Below are positions 56,001 through 64,000 of a stretch of 64,000 nt of DNA, piece by piece. Made by a program: the position numbers and the translations under genes. The notes beneath the pieces were generated by a model. That model searched no databases. It had not been told where the DNA came from and was given only the letters and a program-made list of their open reading frames with translations. The first letter of the stretch is position 1. Every line of letters begins with the position of its first letter. The DNA comes from an uncultured Acidobacteriota bacterium (lineage in GTDB: Bacteria; Acidobacteriota; Thermoanaerobaculia; Multivoradales; UBA5704), in contig CAVYRF010000001.1 of NCBI GenBank assembly GCA_963770895.1, positions 544,001 to 608,000 on the forward strand, read 5' to 3'.

Positions 56001-58713
56001 CGACGTCGAGCAGCCCGCCCAGCTCGATTTCCGCCTGGTCCCAGCTCTGGCTGTAGTTGACGGCTTCCTGGGCCAGCAGGTGGGCGCCCTCGGATTCGGC
56101 GTCGGACGGGTCGGGCGGCGCGCCGGCGGGCAGCGCCGGCGGCGCGATGGCCTGCTCGGCGCCGACGGCGATCGCGTAGTAGCTGCCGGCGGTCAGCGTC
56201 TCGTCGATCGTCTCGCTGCCGAACGGCCCGAGGAGCGTCACCTCCAGCCGGTGCGCGACGCCCATCGGCACCGGCGTTTCGCCGACCACGGTGGCCACGC
56301 CGTCGACGTTGAGCTGCGGCAGCAGCTGCACCAGGTAGACCGGCACCGCGTCCAGGCCGCCAAACAATTCGACCGTGAGCTGGTCGTCGGCGGTGGCGGG
56401 GATGTACGACAGGGTGAAGCGCTCGCCGGCCACCTGCCAGACCGGCAGCGTCGCCTGCAAGCTCTCGGCGTCGGTCGGATCGGGGCCGACGCGCGCCACC
56501 AGGTTGATCTGGTGCGCCACCGCCGCCGCCACCTGCGGCGCTTCCGACGTCACCGCCACGACCGGCGCCGGCATGGTGTTGGGCAGCAGGCCCAGGGTCA
56601 CCGCGTGCACCGCTCGCGAGCCCAGCTGCTGCGCGTACGGCGGCGTGCCCGGCTGCTGCGCCAGGAACGCGTTGACCGCCTGGCGCAGCGCCGCCAGCGG
56701 GTCCTCCACCTGCGGCGCGGCCAGCGTCGAGGCGATCAGCCCGTCGACCGAAAATCCCATCTGGCGCAGCACGCCGGTCGGCGGCACGTCGTCCACCGCC
56801 TTGATCGCCGGCGCCAGCGGCACCCAGGCGGCCCCCGACACGTCGACCACGGCGCCGCGGTAGTTGTTGTACGGCAGGTACGCCTCGACCCAGGTGTGAT
56901 CGATGGTGAACGCCGCCACCTGGCCGCCGGCGATCACCGGCGCGTGCGCCACGCCGGCGCGCGACAGCACCGTGTCGACGACCGCCGCGGTGGCCGTCGC
57001 CGCCGGCGAGTCCGCCACCCCCAGGCTGACCGCCAGCGCCGCCACCGGCAGCTGCACCACGCCGTGCACGTAGCGCGCGCCGCCGCCGCTGGCGCGCAGC
57101 AGCGCGATCAGCAGGCTGGCCTGGTCGACGTCGTTGCCCGCCCCCTGCCGCAGGGTGCCGATGGCCCCCTTCATCGAGCCGGCGTACCATTCGGTGCGCA
57201 CCTGGTTGCGCACCCACTGGAAGATCTGCACGTAGTCGAAGCCCAGCGACGACGCCTGGGCGACGATTTCGGGCGCCAGCGGCGCCTCGGGCGTGCCCGC
57301 CAGGTCGGCGGCGCCGGCCGCCGCGGCGTTGGGGTCGCCGTAGGCCGGCGTCACCGTCGGGCTGGTGACCGGCGCCGCCGGCGCCAGGCCCTCGCGGCGG
57401 TAGGGGAGCCCGGCGCGCAGCCGCGCCCGCGGCGGCACCGCCAGGGCCTGCGCCAGCGCCGGCTGGACCGCCGCCAGCGCCTTGGCCACCGCCGCCTGCC
57501 CGGCGGCCGCCACCGGCTTGCCGGCGGCGACGGCCTGCCGCACCGCCTCGACCGGCGCCGACATCGGCCCCAGTACCTGCGCCATGGCGGCCGCGTAGGT
57601 CTCCTGGGCCGCCGCCAGCCGCGCGGCGATGACGCGGCTCGATTTCGCCTTGGCCAGCTGCGCCCCGATCGCGGCAAACCGCCGCTGCATCTGCGCGTCG
57701 GCGGCGCGCAGCCGGTCGTACGCCGCCACGGTTGCCGCCAGGTCGACCGCCGCCGGTACTGCATTGGCCGCGGGCGCTGCATTGGCCGCGGGCGCTGCAT
57801 TGGCCGCGGGCGCCCCGTTGGCCGCCTGCGCCCTGCCCGCTGCCAGGCCCGGCGCTTCGCCCGGCGCGACGAAGCCAATTTCGGGCATGCGGCGCATCCC
57901 CGCCGCCGTGGCCACGCCGGCGAGCGCCGCGTTGACCTGCGCTTCCGCGCCGCTGCCGTCGGTCGTGCCCGTCCCGCCGGCGCCGCCGCCCGCGGCCCCG
58001 GCGCCCGCCCCGGCGCCTGAGCCCGCCGCGGCCTGGTCCTGGCTGGTCGCCCCATCCGGCGACGTGGCCTGCAACGACCCGACCGGCGAGGCCGACCTGG
58101 ACGGCGTGAGCGGCGTCCCATGCGCCTTGGGCGTCCTGCCGCCCGTTTTGGCGGTGGGCAGCGGACGCGGCTGTACCGGAGTCAGGTCGAACTTCCCGTC
58201 CAGGTGATACACGTGCAGCGGCACAAAACCGCGTGCCGGCCCGCCGCGCCCGGAGTCGCGCCGCTCCGGCCGCGCCGTGGTGGCGGAGCGACCGGCGGAC
58301 GCTTTACCTGCCGAACCTGCCGCTCCGGCTGTTCCGGCTGTTCCGGCTGTTGCGCCGGCCACCGCCGCGCCCGGCCGGGCCGTCGCGCCGGCCGGCGCCG
58401 CACTCGCTTTGGCCGCCGGCGTGCTTCCCTGCGGGCCTGCCGCCACCTGGCCGGTTGACCCCGCAGGCGGCGCGGACCGGCTAGGCGCTGTTGCTGCCGC
58501 CCTGCCTGCCGCCCGCTGGCCACCCCCAAATGCCGGACCGGCGGCTGGATGCCCGCCCGCGTGCCGCGCCGGCCCCGGCCGCTCGCCCCTCGCGCCCGCC
58601 TCCCGCGCCAGCAACCTCCCCGCCGGCACCGCGCAGCCGAGCGCCACGCCCAGGACGGCTGCTTGCCAGCCGGCCGTCCGCCAGATCCTGCCTGCCGCCC
58701 TTGTCGTGCCCAT
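47068..58713 (-). CDS. Giant Rhs/YD-repeat polymorphic toxin (~3,880 aa) with transglutaminase-like and Ig-like N-terminal domains
   Basis: Start ATG 58713, just after the upstream stop; signal-like N-terminus; [18 protein letters not shown]...[17 protein letters not shown]; many YTYD-GN repeats; core [34 protein letters not shown]...[11 protein letters not shown]; variable C-terminus. Confidence 0.93.
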   Translation of the reverse strand: [3881 protein letters not shown]

Positions 58714-58727
58714 GCCGCGCGCGCTCC

Positions 58728-61700
58728 TCAGTGTCCTACCGGCAGGCAGCCGGTGAAGAGATCCTGGTTGAACTGGCCGCCGCCGCTGACGGAGGCGCCG
58801 ACCAGGGTGCCGTTGACGTTGCCGTTGCTGAAGTTGACCGCGGCCCGCGGCGCCAGCACCGTCGCCGGCACGCCGATGCCGGACAGCTTGAGGCTGGTCG
58901 CCTGGTAGAAGTTGAGCACCACGCCGCCGTTGCTGACGCCGGCGAGCTGGAAGCCGAAGTTCTGCATCTGGTCGCTGGTACCGTCGACGTTGACCAGCGC
59001 CGTCGAGCCGCTGGGCACCTGGATGCTGACGCCGACCGATACCGCCAGGTCGCTGCCGTGGACGCTGAAGACGTTGAGCGTCGGGTCGCTCCCCACCAGG
59101 TTGATCTGCTTCCACGGCTGCACGGTGGTGGTGCCGTTGGCCGCCAGCGTCGCCCAGTAGCTGGACAGGATGCCCAGGTTGCGGCTGGCGCCGGCGAAGT
59201 CGACCGGCTGGTCCTGCCGTGCCGCGCCGTTGGGGATGTTGACGCTGGTCAGCGCCACCGTGCCGCCGTAGACCAGGTTGCCGTGGCTCACCGTGCCGCC
59301 GTTGAAGCTCAGCGCGCCGCCGGCGATCAGCACGTCGTCGCTGCCGCCGGTCGCGGTCAGCGACTGGCCGACGCTGTAGCTGGACAGCGTCACGTTGCCG
59401 GCCGCCGCCAGGCGCCCCGCGGTGTCGGTGCCGCTCTGCGTCACGGCGCCCAGCGCGAACAGGTTGAAGCGCCCGACGACGCCCAGCGGTTCGGCGCTGC
59501 ACACCAGCGGGCAGGTGGCGCTGTCGTACGAGGTTAGCGCCGACGTCAGGCTGGCTGCCGTCTGCGCGTCGCTCGACCCCAGCACGCTGCCCAGCGGGTG
59601 CTGGCTCAGGAAGGTGTCGGCGTTGGCCGCCGGCGTCGACCCCGCGGCCGGCGCCCCCGCCGCCAGGTCGAGCCGCGTCGCCGCCAGCTGCTGGGCCAGC
59701 AGGTAGAGCGGGTCGCTGCCCTGGTACCGCAGCAGCCACAGCGCCGCGGTGGCGCTATATCCGGCGCCGCCCAGCGTCACGTTGGACAGCGTCCAGCTCT
59801 CCGGGTGATGGCGCCAGTAGCTGGGCGGCTGGGCGCAGAACGGCCGCGGCAGCAGCCTTACCTCGGCCTCGCCGCGGGCCAGCGTCGCGCCGGTGGGCGC
59901 GGTCAGCGCCAGGTCGAACACCCGGTCCACCTGGTCGGAGGCCAGACCCAGCGCCACCAGCGGCACGTCCTGCTCGACGCTGCCGGGCGAAAAGACCAGC
60001 GTCCCCGACGCCGCCTGGTAATCGGTGCCGGCCACCGCGGTGTCGTCGACGGTGGCGTAGTGCACGGAGACCGTCTGCGTCGCCGCGCACGACAGCAGCA
60101 CCCGCACCGACAGCGCCTGCTGCTGGCCGGCCGCCGGCGTCGCCGCCGCCGCGTCCAGCGCCGCCAGCGTCGGGGTGGCGACCGAGGTCAGCGACAGGCC
60201 GTCGAACAGCGCCTGGCCGCCGCCCCCCGCCGGCAGGCCCGACAGCAGCCGCACGCGGATCCAGCGCGTGCCGGCCGGCGCCGCCCGCTGGTCGGTCACC
60301 TGCGTCCAGGTGCCGGCGCTGGCGATCGGGCCGGAATCGAACGTGCCGAGCACGTTCTGATCGGTCAAGTCGCGGTACTCGACGACGATGCGCGCCGTGC
60401 TCGCCGCCGCGCCGCCGCCGGCGTTGACGGTGCGCACCTGGCCGCTGAACGCGAAGCTCTGGCCCGCCGCCCCCTGGATCTGCGCCGCGTAGGCGAGCAG
60501 ATCCGCGTCCTGCTTGAGCTCGCCCGCCGCGTCGCTGGTGGCGAAGTCGGCGTCGCCGTCGAACGCCGGCGGCGTGCCGCCGCCCACCTGCCAGGCGCTC
60601 CCCGTCACCACGTCCCATCCGGGGATCAGGTTGGACACCGCCGGCAGCTCGGCGCCCGGATTGACCAGCAGGTTGGCGCTGGTGCACGCCGGCGCCGGCG
60701 CAATGGTGCCGGTCGCCGTCGCCCGCGCCAGGCTGGCCCCCTGCGGCTGCGACAGCTGCACGGTGAACGTCGCGTCGGCGCCCAGCAGCGCATCCGCCAG
60801 CACCGGCACGCTCACCGTCTGTGCCGTCACCCCCGGCGCAAAGTTGAGCACGCCGCCGACCGGCAGGAAATCGACGCCTGCGATCGCCGTGCCGGCGGCC
60901 GTCAGGTAGTTGACGCTCACCGTGCCGCTGGCCGGCGACGACAGCGTCACCGGGAACTGCGCCGCCACCTCGCCGCTCGCCGGCTGCGTCACCGTCACGT
61001 CGGCGATCGACAGCGCGGCCGCCGCCGCCGCGATGGTGAAGCCGACGCTCTCCTGCGCCTGGTTGCCCGCCGCATCGGTCGCCGTCACCGCCAGCATGTA
61101 GCTGCCCGCGGCGCTCACCGTCGTGCCGGAGGTGAACGGCTGGCCGTTCAACGTGATCGCCTGCGTCCCCGGATGCGCATCGGTCACCGTCACCACCGGC
61201 GTCACCGGCGCCGCGTAGGTGCCGCCGTTGCTCACTCCGGTGACGCTGATCGCCGGCGGCGTCTTGTCGATCGTGAACGTGATCGTGGCGCTCGCCGTAT
61301 TGCCGGCCGCATCGGTGGCCGACACCGCCAGCGTGTAGCTGCCTTCCGCCGACACCGCCGTGCCCGACGTGAACGGCTGCCCGTTCAAGGTGATCGTGGT
61401 CTGGGTCACCGGCTGCGCGTCGGTCACCGTGATCACCGGCGTGACCGTGGCGTTGTACAGCCCGCCGTTGGTCACCCCGGTGACGCCGATCGCCGGCGCC
61501 GTCTTGTCGATCGTGAACGCGATCGTCGCGTTCGCCGTGTTGCCCGCCGCGTCGGTCGCCGCCACCGCCAGCGTGTAGCTGCCCGCCGCCGACACCGGGG
61601 TCCCGGAGGTAAACGGTTGCCCGTTCAAAGTGATCGTCTGCGTCCCCGGATGCGCATCCGTCACCGTGATCGCCGGCGTCACGGTGGCGTTGTAGACCCC

Positions 61701-64000
61701 GTTGTTGCTCACCCCGGTGACCGCGATCGCCGGCGGCGTCTTGTCGATTGCGAAGGCAATCGTTGTATTCGCCGTGTTGCCGGCCGCATCCGTGGCCGCT
61801 ATCGCCAGCGTATAGCTGGCTTCCGCCGACACCGCCGTACCCGACGTGAACGGCTGCCCGTTCAAGGTGATCGTGGACTGCGTCACCGGCTGCGCGTCGT
61901 TGACGGTCACCACCGGCGTGACCGCGGCGTTGTACACCCCACCGTTGGTGACCCCGCTGACGCTGATCACCGGCGCCGTCTTGTCGATCACAAATCCGAC
62001 GGACGTGCTGGCGGTGTTGCCCGCCGTGTCGGTTGCGGTCACCGCCAGCGTGTAGCTGCCCGCCGCCGACACCGCGGTCCCCGAGGTAAACGGTTGCCCG
62101 TTCAAAGTGATCGTCTGCGTACCCGGATGCGCCTCCGTCACCGTGATCACCGGCGTCACGGTGGCGTTGTACACCCCGCCGTTGCTCACGCCGCTGACGC
62201 TGATCACCGGCGGCGTCTTGTCGATCACGAATGCGACCGTTGTGTTGGCCGTATTGCCGGCCGCGTCCGTAGCCGTCACCGCCAGCGTGTAGCTGCCTTC
62301 CGCCGACACCGGCGTCCCGGAGGCAAACGGCTGGCCATTCAGAGCGATGCTCTGCGTCCCCGGATGCGCATCGCTCACCGTCACGACCGGCGTCACCGCA
62401 CCGTTGTACACCCCGCCGTTGCTGACCCCGGTGACGGCGATCGCCGGCGGGGTGGTGTCGATGGCGAAGGTGACGCTGGCGCTGGCCTGGCTGCCCAGGG
62501 CGTCGGTCACCGCGACCGCCAGGGTGTGGCTGCCCTCCGCCGCCACCGCGGTCCCCGACGCGAACGGCTGGCCGTCCAGGGTGATGGTCGCGGTGTAGGT
62601 CGGCGTCGAGGCGGTGACGGTGACGACCGGCGTCACCGGCGCGTTGTACAGACCGCCCTGCTGGACGCCGGAGATGGCGATGGTGGGCGGCGAGGAGGCG
62701 ACGGTGAACGTCACGGTCGCGCTGCTGCCGGTGTTGCCGGCCGCGTCGGTCGCCTGCGCCTGCAGGGTGTGGCTGCCGGTGGCCAGGCCGGTCAGGCTGG
62801 CGGACCAGGTGGCGGTGGCCGGGTTGGAGATCGCCATCGCGATCGCCGCGGCGCCGTCCAGGCTCAGCGTGACGGTGGCGATCGTCGACAGCGGGTCGGT
62901 GGCGGTGACCAGCACGGTCAACGCGCTGGCCGTGGTGGCGCCGCCGGCCGGCTGCTGGATGGCGACCGTGGGCGCCGTGCGGTCGTAGACGGTGAAGCCG
63001 ACCAGCGCCAGGGTGACGGTCTGCACGCCGCCGCCGCCGCCGCCCGCCGCCGGCAGGTCGGCCTCCAGCACCGCCAGGCGGTTGCCGAGCCCCAGCGCCT
63101 TGCTATCGAAGCTGGCGCTGCCCGCGCCGCTGCCGCCCGCCGCCAGGTTGACGGTCGCGGCCTGCCGCGCCAGCTCCTGGCCGGAGGAGGCGTCCAGCAC
63201 GCGCACCCGCACCGGCAGCTGCGCCAGCGCCGCGGCGCCGCCGTTGTGCAACGTGTAGCTGGCGGCGACCGGCTGACCCCACGAGGGCGCGCGGTCGCTC
63301 AGCGCGAGCGTTCCGGTCACCGCCGTCGCCGCCGACGTCAGGCTGATCTGCGTCGCGGCGCTGGCCGCGGCCTGGCCGCCGTCGAGCACCGTCGCCGTGA
63401 CCTGGTAGGCGCCGGGGACGGCGCCGCCGCTCGCCCAATTGACGCTCACCGTCCCCTGGCCGCCCGGCAGCAGGACGCCCAGCGGCTGCGTCCAGTCGCC
63501 GACGACCGGCGGCGTGCCGCCCGTTCCCCCCGTCGCCCCCGCCGGTCCCAGCACCTGGAGGTGCACCTGCAGGCCGGCGAGCGGCGCGTTCCCCGCCGGG
63601 TAGCCGACCTGCGCCGTGACGTGGACGCCGGCCCCCACCGCGTACGAGGCGTTGTCGGTGGTCACGGCGACGGTCAGCTGCTCCGCCGCGGCGATGGCAA
63701 AGGGCGCCGTCGCCTCCGCCACGCTCTGGCCGCTGCCGTCCAGGAGCTTGACGTCGACCAGATAGGAGCCGGCGAAGGTCGAGCCGACGTTCCAGGTCAC
63801 CGCCTGGCTCAGCTGCTGGCCGTACGCCAGGTTGCCGGTGGCGATCGCCGGCAGCGTCGTCACCGCCACGCCCTGGGTGTCCTCGATCGTCACCACCAGC
63901 TGGCCGCTGAACGGATCGCTGCCGTTGAACACGGTCACCGTCGCGGTGAGCGTGGCGCCGGCGGCGTAGCTCGCCTGGTCGGTGGTCACGCCGACCACCG
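58728..64000 (-). CDS. Large surface/secreted protein with Ig-like repeats, Calx-beta domains and a C-terminal choice-of-anchor A domain (5' end outside the window)
   Basis: Tandem DKTPP repeats; Calx-beta motifs VSVNYLTAAGTAIAGVDF and VHYATVDDTAVAGTDY; terminal FNLFALG...DTAGRLAAAGN...VLNFYQAT...TVLAPRAAV. Confidence 0.88.
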   Translation of the reverse strand, partial: VVGVTTDQASYAAGATLTATVTVFNGSDPFSGQLVVTIEDTQGVAVTTLPAIATGNLAYGQQLSQAVTWNVGSTFAGSYLVDVKLLDGSGQSVAEATAPFAIAAAEQLTVAVTTDNASYAVGAGVHVTAQVGYPAGNAPLAGLQVHLQVLGPAGATGGTGGTPPVVGDWTQPLGVLLPGGQGTVSVNWASGGAVPGAYQVTATVLDGGQAAASAATQISLTSAATAVTGTLALSDRAPSWGQPVAASYTLHNGGAAALAQLPVRVRVLDASSGQELARQAATVNLAAGGSGAGSASFDSKALGLGNRLAVLEADLPAAGGGGGGVQTVTLALVGFTVYDRTAPTVAIQQPAGGATTASALTVLVTATDPLSTIATVTLSLDGAAAIAMAISNPATATWSASLTGLATGSHTLQAQATDAAGNTGSSATVTFTVASSPPTIAISGVQQGGLYNAPVTPVVTVTASTPTYTATITLDGQPFASGTAVAAEGSHTLAVAVTDALGSQASASVTFAIDTTPPAIAVTGVSNGGVYNGAVTPVVTVSDAHPGTQSIALNGQPFASGTPVSAEGSYTLAVTATDAAGNTANTTVAFVIDKTPPVISVSGVSNGGVYNATVTPVITVTEAHPGTQTITLNGQPFTSGTAVSAAGSYTLAVTATDTAGNTASTSVGFVIDKTAPVISVSGVTNGGVYNAAVTPVVTVNDAQPVTQSTITLNGQPFTSGTAVSAEASYTLAIAATDAAGNTANTTIAFAIDKTPPAIAVTGVSNNGVYNATVTPAITVTDAHPGTQTITLNGQPFTSGTPVSAAGSYTLAVAATDAAGNTANATIAFTIDKTAPAIGVTGVTNGGLYNATVTPVITVTDAQPVTQTTITLNGQPFTSGTAVSAEGSYTLAVSATDAAGNTASATITFTIDKTPPAISVTGVSNGGTYAAPVTPVVTVTDAHPGTQAITLNGQPFTSGTTVSAAGSYMLAVTATDAAGNQAQESVGFTIAAAAAALSIADVTVTQPASGEVAAQFPVTLSSPASGTVSVNYLTAAGTAIAGVDFLPVGGVLNFAPGVTAQTVSVPVLADALLGADATFTVQLSQPQGASLARATATGTIAPAPACTSANLLVNPGAELPAVSNLIPGWDVVTGSAWQVGGGTPPAFDGDADFATSDAAGELKQDADLLAYAAQIQGAAGQSFAFSGQVRTVNAGGGAAASTARIVVEYRDLTDQNVLGTFDSGPIASAGTWTQVTDQRAAPAGTRWIRVRLLSGLPAGGGGQALFDGLSLTSVATPTLAALDAAAATPAAGQQQALSVRVLLSCAATQTVSVHYATVDDTAVAGTDYQAASGTLVFSPGSVEQDVPLVALGLASDQVDRVFDLALTAPTGATLARGEAEVRLLPRPFCAQPPSYWRHHPESWTLSNVTLGGAGYSATAALWLLRYQGSDPLYLLAQQLAATRLDLAAGAPAAGSTPAANADTFLSQHPLGSVLGSSDAQTAASLTSALTSYDSATCPLVCSAEPLGVVGRFNLFALGAVTQSGTDTAGRLAAAGNVTLSSYSVGQSLTATGGSDDVLIAGGALSFNGGTVSHGNLVYGGTVALTSVNIPNGAARQDQPVDFAGASRNLGILSSYWATLAANGTTTVQPWKQINLVGSDPTLNVFSVHGSDLAVSVGVSIQVPSGSTALVNVDGTSDQMQNFGFQLAGVSNGGVVLNFYQATSLKLSGIGVPATVLAPRAAVNFSNGNVNGTLVGASVSGGGQFNQDLFTGCLPVGH
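61030..62700 (-). repeat. Seven tandem Ig-like repeats, 237-240-bp period
   Basis: gtcttgtcga (DKT) recurs at 61261, 61501, 61738, 61978 and 62215, with degenerate flanking units. Confidence 0.9.

Noticed and set aside
58714-59739. N-terminal extension giving a 4223-aa Rhs
   Set aside because: It overlaps the choice-of-anchor A domain of the upstream gene and translates as Arg/Gly-rich noise.

Overview
Very GC-rich bacterial DNA. The gene families suggest a soil Acidobacteriota (Thermoanaerobaculia-like) genome; this is inference. Left to right: a GT-C membrane protein (partial), two hypothetical exported proteins, rnd and a cupin; a four-gene mobilisation module (mobC, MOB-P relaxase fused to an apparently dead RepB'-type primase, traF, virD4) with no mating-pair or integrase genes; regulatory cassette 1 (TPR protein, secreted peptide, zinc-anti-sigma-TPR protein, XRE-HTH); two AftB-like GT-C genes separated by a ~165-nt rod-shaped hairpin; a PAS/GAF GGDEF-EAL protein; an HlyD + C39-peptidase ABC + second ABC export operon facing an unlisted 17-aa micro-ORF (MPIQLNVKAGLKAERVQ) with a perfect Shine-Dalgarno; regulatory cassette 2 (ZAS-TPR, ECF sigma, RHH-like protein, XRE-HTH, TPR, ZAS-TPR, secreted peptide); a seven-gene metal-uptake operon (FpvK/C/D/E-like plus BtuF/C/D-like); a DHFR-like gene; a ~3,880-aa Rhs toxin with a small candidate immunity gene; and a partial Ig-repeat/Calx-beta/choice-of-anchor-A surface protein. 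The best candidate for an undescribed system is the twice-occurring secreted peptide + ZAS-TPR + XRE (+ECF sigma) module, which looks like a peptide-sensing circuit. Each copy is bordered by the same 18-bp perfect palindrome. All family assignments come from motif recognition by eye; no searches were run.
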